Source: Bdellovibrionia bacterium
GTDB lineage: Bacteria; Bdellovibrionota; UBA1018; JBILEK01
Length of the DNA: 64,000 nt
Reading direction: 5' to 3'
Assembly: GCA_044352155.1 (NCBI GenBank)
Contig: JBILEK010000002.1
Span: 26,735 to 90,734, forward strand
Position numbers and translations under genes: made by a program. Position 1 is the stretch's first letter. Each line of letters begins with the position of its first letter. Under the pieces are notes generated by a model. The model saw only the letters and a list, made by a program, of their open reading frames with translations. It had not been told where the DNA came from and did no database searches. Below, piece by piece: positions 29,695 to 38,490 of the stretch.

Positions 29695-30597
29695 ATGCCA
29701 CACTTAGGACTCCTCCGCGCCGCCTGGGCGCTCCTCATCTACAATCTTTTTGTGATCGTCTTTGGCGCGTTCGTTCGCGCAACGGGTTCGGGCGCCGGGT
29801 GCGGGAGTCACTGGCCACTTTGTAACGGACAAGTGGTTCCACGCGCCCCCGAGATTGAGACCGTGATCGAGTTCACGCATCGTGCGACGTCAGGCATCGT
29901 GCTCCTTGCGGTGATCGCGATCGTTTGGGTTGTTCGAAAGCGCTTCCCCAAGGGACATCCAACCCGCACGTACGCTTGGGCGTCCCTTTGGCTCACGGTC
30001 GTTGAGGCGTTGATCGGCGCGGGGCTCGTCCTTTACGAACTTGTAGATCAGGATAAATCGAACGCACGACTTGTCTCGATCACGCTTCACTTGGTGAACA
30101 CGTTCCTGCTCTTGGGAGCGCTGACTCTCTTCACTCGTTCTCTGAAGAGCCCAGAGCGCGTCAATCTCTGGAGCGCAATCACGAAGACCCAAAAACTATG
30201 GCTCGTTTCCGGGGCACTCCTTCTGGCGACCGGTACGACAGGAGCGATCGCAGCGCTGGGTAACACTCTCTATCCTGCGGAGTCCCTCGCCCATGGACTC
30301 CAGCAGGACTTCCATCCCGAGAGCCATCTCGCACTCCGCGTGAGGATTCTGCATCCTATTTTTGCCGTGGCTTCAGCGCTCCTCATCTTTGCGCTCGGTG
30401 CACGGAGAATTTCGTCGTCCACTCGACCTACGCCCGTTCGGCTACTGATCGCCGCCACTGCGGGTAACGTGGCACTCGGACTTCTCAATCTCCTGCTCCT
30501 CGCACCTGTGTGGATGCAGCTTGTCCATCTCCTGGTTGCAGATCTCGTTTGGATCGCTTGGATCTGGAGCTTTGCTGAGCTTAAGGCTGAGGAGTAG
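29695..30597 (+). CDS. ctaA: Heme A synthase (COX15/CtaA family)
   Basis: GSGAGCGSHWPLC signature, conserved His in TM helices (EFTHRA, TLHLVN), 8 TM. Confidence 0.75.
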   Translation: MPHLGLLRAAWALLIYNLFVIVFGAFVRATGSGAGCGSHWPLCNGQVVPRAPEIETVIEFTHRATSGIVLLAVIAIVWVVRKRFPKGHPTRTYAWASLWLTVVEALIGAGLVLYELVDQDKSNARLVSITLHLVNTFLLLGALTLFTRSLKSPERVNLWSAITKTQKLWLVSGALLLATGTTGAIAALGNTLYPAESLAHGLQQDFHPESHLALRVRILHPIFAVASALLIFALGARRISSSTRPTPVRLLIAATAGNVALGLLNLLLLAPVWMQLVHLLVADLVWIAWIWSFAELKAEE

Positions 30598-31429
30598 CCG
30601 CCTCGTCCAGAGCGGGCCTGCGACCGAGGTCTGCACGCTCTGCTTCCGAGCGCGACTTAAGCTTATCGTAGAACTTATGAAAGTCCGGATCCGCGGTCCC
30701 AAGCCAGTGATCCCAAAACGTAAAATAGAGTGCAAAATTGTACTGCACTTTGCGATGGTGCACGAAGTGATCAGCTGCTCCGATGATCCACTTGCCGATG
30801 GGATTGCGATAAAATCCCGCCGGGAAAAACTCGTAGCCCGTATGATTGACGACTCCCATGATCGTCATCACAGTGAGAAACACCAGCAGCATTACCGGAT
30901 GCACGGGGATCACGAGCATTGCAAGCGGGAGAAATGTCGCTAGCAGAAATGCTTCACCAAACGAAAACGAGAACGCAGCCCACGGTGTCGGATTAAAGGA
31001 TTCATGGTGCACGCGGTGAAAGAGTGCAAAGAGCTTGGGGTGGTGCATCGCCCGATGGGTGAAGTAAAAGTACGTATCATGCACAAAGAGAAGGAGCGGC
31101 AAACTTGCGAAAAAGTAAAACCACCCGTACTCGGCAGGATCGAAGTAAACCAGTGTCCAACCTGCGCGCCACAGCTCTAATCCTACAGCACCTGAAAGCC
31201 CAAAAAGTAGCGAGCTTGAGAGCGAGTGGAAGATCTCGGTCTTCATAATCTTTGAGCCCGGAGGCTTTGGATCAATCTTGCGCGAAGCGAAGCGCTTCGC
31301 GCCCCACTTGTACAAGAGCAAATATGCGCCACCGGCGAACGCAAAATACCTCACGAACATAATGGCGGTGAGGATGCCTAAGTTAGTCCAGAAGGGCTGC
31401 AGCTGATCGGCGTACTGTGGTGAAGACAT
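30581..31429 (-). CDS. Fatty-acid hydroxylase superfamily protein (sterol desaturase / sphingolipid C4-hydroxylase SUR2-like)
   Basis: His boxes HDTYFYFTHRAMHH, HRVHH, HFVHHRK. Confidence 0.75.
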   Translation of the reverse strand: MSSPQYADQLQPFWTNLGILTAIMFVRYFAFAGGAYLLLYKWGAKRFASRKIDPKPPGSKIMKTEIFHSLSSSLLFGLSGAVGLELWRAGWTLVYFDPAEYGWFYFFASLPLLLFVHDTYFYFTHRAMHHPKLFALFHRVHHESFNPTPWAAFSFSFGEAFLLATFLPLAMLVIPVHPVMLLVFLTVMTIMGVVNHTGYEFFPAGFYRNPIGKWIIGAADHFVHHRKVQYNFALYFTFWDHWLGTADPDFHKFYDKLKSRSEAERADLGRRPALDEAATPQP

Positions 31430-31458
31430 CTCCGAAGAGAGTACCTCGGGAGCTGAAA

Positions 31459-31498
31459 AGAAAAAAGGGATCCGCGGTTTGCTGCGGATCCCTTTTTT
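31459..31498 (-). terminator. Rho-independent terminator hairpin (bidirectional-looking) downstream of RRM paralog 2
   Basis: AAAAAAGGGATCCGCGG-TTTGCT-GCGGATCCCTTTTTT: 9-bp GC stem flanked by A6/T6 runs. Confidence 0.7.
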
Positions 31499-31520
31499 GT
31501 ACTACTTTTTTCGAGAAAAC

Positions 31521-31859
31521 TTAGCCTTCGCGACTACCGCGATCGCCGCCGCGTCCACCACCGCGACCGCCACGTCCACCACCGCCGCCACCTGATCCTG
31601 GCTCGCGAGGTCCTTGTTCTTTCGCTTCAGCGACGTTGAGCTGACGACCTTCCCAGTCAGCTCCGTTAAACTTCGTGATTGCCTCGGCCGCTTCAGCGTC
31701 CGTGCCCATTTCGACAAATCCGAATCCCTTGCTACGACCGGAGAATTTATCGGTCACAACACGCGCGGACTCGACTTTTCCGACTTGTCCGAAAACTTCA
31801 GTCAGGTTGGCGTCGGTTGCTGCGAACGGAAGATTGCCGACGAAGAGTTTTTTTCCCAT
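31521..31859 (-). CDS. RRM-type RNA-binding protein with glycine/arginine-rich tail (paralog 2)
   Basis: LFVGNL / KGFGFVEM RNP motifs; ~65% identical to paralog 1. Confidence 0.85.
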   Translation of the reverse strand: MGKKLFVGNLPFAATDANLTEVFGQVGKVESARVVTDKFSGRSKGFGFVEMGTDAEAAEAITKFNGADWEGRQLNVAEAKEQGPREPGSGGGGGGRGGRGGGRGGDRGSREG

Positions 31860-31990
31860 GGTTTGCCTCCTTAGATTTAGGTCCAGGGTTTCAAGAGCAC
31901 TAAGAGGCCGCGTACCATCTGCGGACTAGAACTTAGAGCACGTTTCTCCATGAGACTAAGCCTAAAACCCAGCTCCCGCCAAGAGGGGAA

Positions 31991-32014
31991 TACACAATTG
32001 ACACAACCAGTCAG
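31991..32014 (+). promoter_or_regulatory. Degenerate copy F of conserved motif (TACACAATTGACACAACCAGTCAG) ~20 bp upstream of pcp start
   Basis: 17/23 match to consensus incl. TAC-CAATTGA and CCAGT cores; contains perfect TTGACA. Confidence 0.35.
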
Positions 32015-32034
32015 ATCAAGATACTCCCTCTGAC

Positions 32035-32787
32035 ATGCGACACTTAACGTGGCTCTTGATAGTAGGGAGCTTAGTCATGAGCCATGCGGAAGCCTCCCGG
32101 ATCCTAGTGAGCGCGTTCGAACCCTTTGCAGGACGCCAAGAAAATCGCTCGCTCATCGTACTCGAGGAGCTGATTCTCGCCCTCAAAGACACGCCGATCG
32201 AAATCATTCCCTGCACCCTTCCCGTCGTCTACGACGAAGCGGCAGCGAAGCTTCAAGACTGCCTCACAAGCGCGGGGCATGTTGATTTCGTTCTAGGACT
32301 TGGCGAGGGCGGATGCTCGATGACCTTTGAAACTGCAGCCCAGAACCTCGATGACACCCCAGGCTTAGCCGATAACTCGGGCCAGATTCGGCGCGGTACA
32401 CCGATCCTTCCAGGCGCGCCGGAGTCCTTGGGGTTTTACTTTCCGGTAGAGCGCCTCTACTGCGGACTCCCTGACTTCTTCCGCGTACAAACGAAAGTCT
32501 CGCGCACTCCAGGAGCGTTTGTGTGCAACAACACGGCCTACCGCTTAAGTTCAACTCTAAAAGAGCAAGTCCCGTTTACGTTTGTGCACGTACCTTCTGC
32601 GGACTGCTCGATACCCGGAGGAGTTCGTGAAGCGCAAGCGCTCGCTGCCGCGATCACACAACCCCTCTTTTTTGAGTGGATTCCCAGACGACTCCCCTCG
32701 ACTCGCGCTGAAGCGCTCAAGCGGGCCGAGGATTGGCAGGGCCGATGTGAGGCAGATTTTTTCCAAAAACTTGCGGCGACTTACTGA
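32035..32787 (+). CDS. pcp: Pyroglutamyl-peptidase I family (C15) protein, secreted
   Basis: ILVSAFEPFAGRQEN N-terminus, catalytic Cys region (AFVCNNTAY), His near C-term; signal peptide. Confidence 0.65.
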   Translation: MRHLTWLLIVGSLVMSHAEASRILVSAFEPFAGRQENRSLIVLEELILALKDTPIEIIPCTLPVVYDEAAAKLQDCLTSAGHVDFVLGLGEGGCSMTFETAAQNLDDTPGLADNSGQIRRGTPILPGAPESLGFYFPVERLYCGLPDFFRVQTKVSRTPGAFVCNNTAYRLSSTLKEQVPFTFVHVPSADCSIPGGVREAQALAAAITQPLFFEWIPRRLPSTRAEALKRAEDWQGRCEADFFQKLAATY

Positions 32788-32829
32788 GACCTAAACGAAA
32801 GCGCGATCGCCAAAAGGACGATGAGCGGC

Positions 32830-33813
32830 TTAGTTCGCACGGTACTCTTGAATCACTTGGCGAATCTCAGCTTTCGCAAGTGCACGGACTGCCGGATCAT
32901 CCATGTTCTGCATGAAATACTTTGACTCAATCTCTATCATTTTCACGAATCGCGGCATTGTACCCGGAATGAGTGGCCTCTCCACAAACGAGCGATCGCC
33001 GCTCAGTACTTCGATCCACGTATCGCGGAGCAGATTCCAGAACTTCAAGCGCGGACCCGCAAACGCCTGAGCCACGCTGCATTCCGAATCCGGAAGACGC
33101 ACGTACCAATTCTTTCCGAGCTCCTTGGCGAGTGGAGTTTTGGTGCCGTCTTTGGCGTGAATGATTTTGGTGTTCTCTTGGCGCTCAAGCCAACTCTGTC
33201 CATAAGCGATCACGCGGGTGAAACGATCCATCGTGTTATAGTCGCGACGGCCCATGTCGCGGGTTTCGCGCCCAGGGATCGGCGCGTACGACTGACACGA
33301 CCACTCGGCGTAGCCTTGACCCTCAATCTTCCAAGGTGCTGCGCACTGATAACGGAGACCATCATCGAGGTTGGTGATCTTGCGCGTCCACACGCCTTGG
33401 CGCGTGGTGAGCGGTTTCACGTCCCAAGTGTTCGGTCCCACGAAGTCATAGAGAAACGAGCTAGCATGCTCCCAGTCCTCGCCCGTGTGCTTGAGCATCG
33501 AGCCGTCCATGAACGTGCCGTCAGGCTTGGTTGCAAAAAGAATGTGCTGAAGCCGGATGTGATTTGCAGACACCTGCTCAGAGTAAATCCACTCCTTGAC
33601 CGACATGCTCTTGTTGACGTCGTAAACACGCGCGTCGCGGGTGTAGCCGTCTTTCAGCGCTTCCGTCTCGGTGTAGCTGTAGTCAACAAGGTAGCAGCCG
33701 GTCATAGATTCGAGCGTCTGCACGACTTGATCGCGCGATGGCTCGCCTGCTTGAGAGAGTGTGGAGCAACCTAAGGCCAGGGCGATCGCAACGAGCGAGG
33801 GCTTTTGAGTCAT
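32830..33813 (-). CDS. Hypothetical lipoprotein
   Basis: Lipobox ALALGCS; no known domain. Confidence 0.5.
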   Translation of the reverse strand: MTQKPSLVAIALALGCSTLSQAGEPSRDQVVQTLESMTGCYLVDYSYTETEALKDGYTRDARVYDVNKSMSVKEWIYSEQVSANHIRLQHILFATKPDGTFMDGSMLKHTGEDWEHASSFLYDFVGPNTWDVKPLTTRQGVWTRKITNLDDGLRYQCAAPWKIEGQGYAEWSCQSYAPIPGRETRDMGRRDYNTMDRFTRVIAYGQSWLERQENTKIIHAKDGTKTPLAKELGKNWYVRLPDSECSVAQAFAGPRLKFWNLLRDTWIEVLSGDRSFVERPLIPGTMPRFVKMIEIESKYFMQNMDDPAVRALAKAEIRQVIQEYRAN

Positions 33814-33925
33814 TTTGATAGATCCTCCGGATCCCTTTGGTTTTAGCGCGCGCTGAGAGGGGGTGTCTAGTCTGTTATTGAGAAGAGCTCTCAGTAAGGC
33901 GATCGCTCAAACGTGCCCCACCTGC

Positions 33926-34999
33926 CTAAACGAGCGCAGGCTCTGCTGCAACTTCAACCGGAGCGGATTGGACCGAAACTTTCTTTTGCAACGGATGCCC
34001 TGGGATCATGCTCGCAGTCACCTCCGTCACGCCAGTCTGAAGCTGAGGGTTCGGACGCACCACACGACTATAAAGCGAGAGATTGCGATCAAAAAGAAAC
34101 TGAAGAAGCAACTTCGTCCACGAGGGATGCCAGTAAAGCGAGTCATAGAACTCGGGCGCCATCGCGCGCACGCGAGGGAGCTTTGACCAAGGCACCATGA
34201 CGAGATCATGGTGCTCATTATGGAAGCCGACGTTAAACGCGATTTTGTTTGCAGGTCCGTAATACGAGTACGTCTCCTGACCCTGCTTCACAACGAAATG
34301 CTCCTGAATCCAGCGCGCACCCAGCGGATGCAAACCGACGGAGAAAAACAGCGAGAGCGTCAGGTAAGCGAGCGCAAGCCCTCCCCACATCCAAAAGATT
34401 GCCGCCGCGAATACGACCTGAACCAGAAGATTCGCGAGGATCCAGCCATCCCACAGCTTTACGTACTTGATGCGCTGAGGACGGATCACACCTTCAGTGA
34501 ATGCATAAGTCAGAAGCCAAAGCGCTTTGCGAACCGGCGAGTTTCCCACCCATGCAGCCTCCCTTGGGCCCGAGAGATCCGCATCTCGATCGAAGTCGCC
34601 TTGAAATTGATGGTGCACGAGGTGGTACTTTCGAAAGCCAAGTGCCGCAGGGAACACGATCGGGAGATTGGCGATCATGCCGATGACTTTGTTTGCCCAG
34701 GTGCTACGGAATACGAGGTTATGCGTCGCTTCGTGAATGAACACAAAGAGCGCGTGATTTGAGACGGCACCCACCGTGTAGGCTGCAATCAACATCACCC
34801 ACCAGGGCTGCGTTGAAACCACAAACGCAACTGCGATCTGAAGCGCGACGATCGCAACGATGATGAGAGCTGAGGAGCGTTGATGACCAAAGAGCTTACG
34901 CAGTTCGGGGTATTTTTTTAACAGCGCCGCCGTACGTACTCGGTGCGGTTCAGGGCCCGTATCTCGAATGAATTCGAATTGACGCATCACAACCTCCAA
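33926..34999 (-). CDS. Sphingolipid delta-4 desaturase (dihydroceramide desaturase, DES/DEGS) family protein
   Basis: N-terminal Lipid_DES motif (FEFIRDTGPEPHRVRTAALLKKYPELRKLFG) plus His boxes HEATHN, HLVHHQ, HNEHH. Confidence 0.75.
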   Translation of the reverse strand: MEVVMRQFEFIRDTGPEPHRVRTAALLKKYPELRKLFGHQRSSALIIVAIVALQIAVAFVVSTQPWWVMLIAAYTVGAVSNHALFVFIHEATHNLVFRSTWANKVIGMIANLPIVFPAALGFRKYHLVHHQFQGDFDRDADLSGPREAAWVGNSPVRKALWLLTYAFTEGVIRPQRIKYVKLWDGWILANLLVQVVFAAAIFWMWGGLALAYLTLSLFFSVGLHPLGARWIQEHFVVKQGQETYSYYGPANKIAFNVGFHNEHHDLVMVPWSKLPRVRAMAPEFYDSLYWHPSWTKLLLQFLFDRNLSLYSRVVRPNPQLQTGVTEVTASMIPGHPLQKKVSVQSAPVEVAAEPALV

Positions 35000-35050
35000 A
35001 CGCGCTTGTGTGACGCTAATTAATCAGAGAGGTTCTAAAAAGTCTACCCT

Positions 35051-36064
35051 ATGAAAGCACTCTTTTTAGTCCGTTATGGCGATGCCCATCAGGCGTTTTC
35101 GCTAAAAGAATCGCCCGACTTAATTGCGAAATCTGGCGAGGTCCGCATCCACGTTGAGGCCTCGGGGCTTAACTTCGCGGATGTGATGGCTCGGATGGGT
35201 CTTTACCCTGAGGCCCCAAAGAACCCGGCGGTCTTGGGCTACGAAGTCGTAGGCCACATTGACCAACTCGGCGCAGGAGTTGATCCTCAATGGCTCGGCA
35301 AACGCGTGCTCGCGCTCACCCGCTTTGGAGGATACGCAAGCCAAGCGTGCGCACGAGTGGAGGCGGTGGTGGAGATTCCTGCAAACTGGAACGCGAGCGA
35401 AACCACAGCACTCGGTACTCAAGGGCTTACCGCCGTTTTTGCCGCAACTCACGCCGTGCACCTTGTGGCCAAAGATCGCGTGCTCGTGCATGCGGCAGCA
35501 GGAGGTGTGGGCATTCTGCTCACACAAATCGCTCAATCCAAAGGCTGCTTTGTTGTCGGCACTGCGCGCGGGGGACAAAAAAAAGAATTCCTCCTTCGAA
35601 ACGGCGTCAATCTCGCGATCGACACTGCAGAGGAGTCGTTTGAGCTCGGGCTCGCGCGTGAACCAAAAATCGACGTCATCTTTGACTCGATCGGAGGTCG
35701 TACGTTCCGAAAAGGCCTCAAACTCCTCGCTCCCGGTGGCCGCATGGTCAGTTTCGGCGTAGCTGACATGACCGGTAAGTCACGTAATCCTTTACGCGCG
35801 CTTCGCACGCTGCTTCAGTTCGGCATTTATCATCCCATGCGATTCCTCACGCGCTCGCAAACGCTCGCGGGAATCAACATTTTACAAATCGCCGATCATC
35901 GCCCTCACGTGATCGCGGCCCTCTTTCCGGAAGTCATTCGGCTACGCGAGGCGGGAGTGCTCAAGCCCCACTTGGGCCGCACATTCCCAGCTGAACAGGT
36001 CGCAGACGCTCATACTCTTCTTGGTGGGCGCGAATCGGTGGGCAAAGTCGCATTGGTTTGGTAG
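35051..36064 (+). CDS. Zinc-type alcohol dehydrogenase / quinone oxidoreductase (MDR family)
   Basis: MDR fold, AAGGVG NAD(P) motif. Confidence 0.75.
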   Translation: MKALFLVRYGDAHQAFSLKESPDLIAKSGEVRIHVEASGLNFADVMARMGLYPEAPKNPAVLGYEVVGHIDQLGAGVDPQWLGKRVLALTRFGGYASQACARVEAVVEIPANWNASETTALGTQGLTAVFAATHAVHLVAKDRVLVHAAAGGVGILLTQIAQSKGCFVVGTARGGQKKEFLLRNGVNLAIDTAEESFELGLAREPKIDVIFDSIGGRTFRKGLKLLAPGGRMVSFGVADMTGKSRNPLRALRTLLQFGIYHPMRFLTRSQTLAGINILQIADHRPHVIAALFPEVIRLREAGVLKPHLGRTFPAEQVADAHTLLGGRESVGKVALVW

Positions 36065-36191
36065 TTGATTGGTTTGCTCTGATTTTAAAGGGCGTCATTT
36101 GACACGACGCTTGGTGCCTGCTCTAATCATCTTGAGTCGGCCGCATAAGGATGTGCGGACGCGACTCACGGTCCACAAGGAAGGTGAACCC

Positions 36192-36452
36192 ATGAAATCT
36201 GTAGTTTGGATGCTCGCTGGATCGCTCTCTCTCAGTACCGCGGCGTTTGCCGCAAAGTCCCCCGATCGCGTGCCTCTCCCTCGCCCCCAGGCTCTGATGA
36301 GTTTGCTCGCGCAGAACTCCCTCCGCATTCAAATCGCAGGGATCGATCGGGACTTTGGACGGACGCTGCACACCGAAAATCTCGCCTTTGCCCAAGAGCT
36401 TCGCCGCGAAGTCGCAGAGATCTTTCAAGAGCGCGAGCTCGCGCGGCGTTAG
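36192..36452 (+). CDS. Small secreted hypothetical protein
   Basis: AAGGTGAA RBS + ATG 36192, signal peptide MKSVVWMLAGSLSLSTAAFA. Confidence 0.45.
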   Translation: MKSVVWMLAGSLSLSTAAFAAKSPDRVPLPRPQALMSLLAQNSLRIQIAGIDRDFGRTLHTENLAFAQELRREVAEIFQERELARR

Positions 36453-36490
36453 AGTCGGCAAACGAAATTGTCGAAATTTCACGCGCGAAA

Positions 36491-36700
36491 ATGACCGAAC
36501 GACCCAACAAAACCATTGATCTTAACTTCGGAGAAATGGGGATTCGTTACGACTTATGGATCAAAGGCTCGGTTCGGTATTGGGATGAGGCCGTTGCTGA
36601 GTATAAAGACTACTTAAGAAGACGAAAGCCAGGTCGTATTCCGAAAGAAACGGGAATGGATAAATTCAGAGAACATCTTCAGAACTTAAGTAAATGCTGA
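36491..36700 (+). CDS. Small hypothetical protein
   Basis: 69-aa ORF from ATG 36491; no homology recognised. Confidence 0.25.
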   Translation: MTERPNKTIDLNFGEMGIRYDLWIKGSVRYWDEAVAEYKDYLRRRKPGRIPKETGMDKFREHLQNLSKC

Positions 36701-36839
36701 ATTTCCAATTATCGTTTTGACCTTTGTCGAGTTCTGGAGCCCTAAGGGCCACGTCATTGAGAGGGAGTTTCCAGAGTATTTCGATTGACTTCATTTAGTC
36801 ATTGCCACGCCGCACCCTTTATGAGACGCAACGCAGCAT

Positions 36840-38183
36840 ATGACAACGCCTCCGCCCCGGGTCCTCCTTCGCAAAAAACGCCCGGATGCCGAATTGGAAG
36901 CCCCCGCAGCCCCACTGCTCCCCTCCGCTCCCCCTCTGCCCGAGGGCGTCGAGCCCCTGAAACCCACGCACCTCCTTGCGCTCGCTCCCGCAGGTCTTGA
37001 AGACGTGCTCCTCACTGAGGTCCGCGCACTCGGAGTCTCTAACCTCACGCGCTTAAAGGGCGGCGTTCTGTGGGACTACAGCTTTGACTCCATGGTGCGG
37101 GCGAACCTTGAGCTTCGCACCGCAACGCGCGTTTTAGCCCAACTGCGAAGCTTCTCGGCCGCCACACCCGAGATGCTCTACGACCAGGTGAGGCGCATCC
37201 CCTGGGAGCGACTGCTCACTCCGGAGATGACCTTTGCCGTCGACTGTTCGCTCCACTCAACCCCCGGACTCACACATGGGCTCGGCACAGCACTCAAAAT
37301 CAAAGACGCGATCGCCGATCGCATGCGCCGCGAGTGCGGCGGCGTGCGCGCGAGTGTGGATCGCGAAAGCCCGGATGTCCGCGTGAACGCGCGGATTTTT
37401 CAAGGCAAATGTACGCTTTCTCTGGACTCCTCTGGCCACCCACTGCACGAGCGCGGCTACCGCTCAGGAGACTCAGGTGCACCGCTTAAAGAAAATCTCG
37501 CCGCGGGCCTTTTGCTTCTCACCGGCGAGATCAACGAAGGTCAGCTCCCCGATCGACCAGTCCTCGATCCCATGTGCGGTTCAGGCACGCTCCTGATCGA
37601 AGCCGCACTCCTGCTCGCGCGTAAGGCGCCCGGCTTAGGTTTACGCTTTGGGTACGAGCGCTGGCGGGGCACGGACCTTAAGCGCTCGATGGAGTTGCGC
37701 TCAGAAGCGCGAGCGCGCGTCCTCCCCTCGCCCGAGCGTCCCTTACTGATCGGCTGGGACGAGAGTGCGTCGGCCATTCGGGCCGCAGAGCAGGGAGCAG
37801 CCAAAGCAGGCGTCTCGAAATGGATCCGCTTCGAAAAAGGACTACTCACCCACTGGCGCCCCCCCCAAGGCGCCGCGCTCGTGGTCACGAACCCCCCTTA
37901 CGGCGTACGCCTCGGCGAGGGTGCCGACCTGCCCGCGCTCTACCGGACTTTAGGCGAAAAGCTCAAATCAAGCCTCCCCGGAGGATCCGCTTGGGTCCTG
38001 GCCGGAAACGCAGAGCTCACCGGAAACCTCAAAATGCGCGCAGATCGACGCATCCAAGTCTATAACGGGGCTCTTGATTGTCGTTGGCTCAACTACCGCC
38101 TAAAGGAAGCAGCCGCGCGCGGCCTTTTTCGCACCCAAGCGGATGACACTGAGAGCCAGCAATCTGCAGGTTCTGCGTTTTAG
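36840..38183 (+). CDS. THUMP-domain class I SAM-dependent RNA methyltransferase (RlmL/RlmK N2-G methyltransferase-like)
   Basis: THUMP region then methyltransferase motifs (DPMCGSGT, NPPYG). Confidence 0.75.
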   Translation: MTTPPPRVLLRKKRPDAELEAPAAPLLPSAPPLPEGVEPLKPTHLLALAPAGLEDVLLTEVRALGVSNLTRLKGGVLWDYSFDSMVRANLELRTATRVLAQLRSFSAATPEMLYDQVRRIPWERLLTPEMTFAVDCSLHSTPGLTHGLGTALKIKDAIADRMRRECGGVRASVDRESPDVRVNARIFQGKCTLSLDSSGHPLHERGYRSGDSGAPLKENLAAGLLLLTGEINEGQLPDRPVLDPMCGSGTLLIEAALLLARKAPGLGLRFGYERWRGTDLKRSMELRSEARARVLPSPERPLLIGWDESASAIRAAEQGAAKAGVSKWIRFEKGLLTHWRPPQGAALVVTNPPYGVRLGEGADLPALYRTLGEKLKSSLPGGSAWVLAGNAELTGNLKMRADRRIQVYNGALDCRWLNYRLKEAAARGLFRTQADDTESQQSAGSAF

Positions 38184-38225
38184 CGTTTGATTTCCGGGGC
38201 TAGGACAGGTAATTCACAACCCTCT

Positions 38226-38474
38226 ATGCAAGACGCAATTCATCCCGTGTACCGTGAAGTCGTAGTCAAAGACATCTCGAGCGATTTCGCATTTGTGACC
38301 CGCTCCACGATCGCGACCAAAGACACGATCCAATGGACCGACGGAAAAGAGTATCCCCTACTGAAGGTAGAAATCTCATCGGCGTCGCACCCCTTCTTTA
38401 CGGGCACTCAAAAGCTTCTCGACACCGAGGGCCGTGTTGAGCGCTTCATGAAGAAGTACCAAAAGAAAAAATAA
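38226..38474 (+). CDS. rpmE: 50S ribosomal protein L31, non-zinc (type B-like) form
   Basis: IHPVYREV...HPFFTG...[10 protein letters not shown] pattern; CxxC cysteines replaced (SS); start ATG 38226. Confidence 0.75.
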   Translation: MQDAIHPVYREVVVKDISSDFAFVTRSTIATKDTIQWTDGKEYPLLKVEISSASHPFFTGTQKLLDTEGRVERFMKKYQKKK

Positions 38475-38490
38475 CTTCTCTTTTTCTCGG

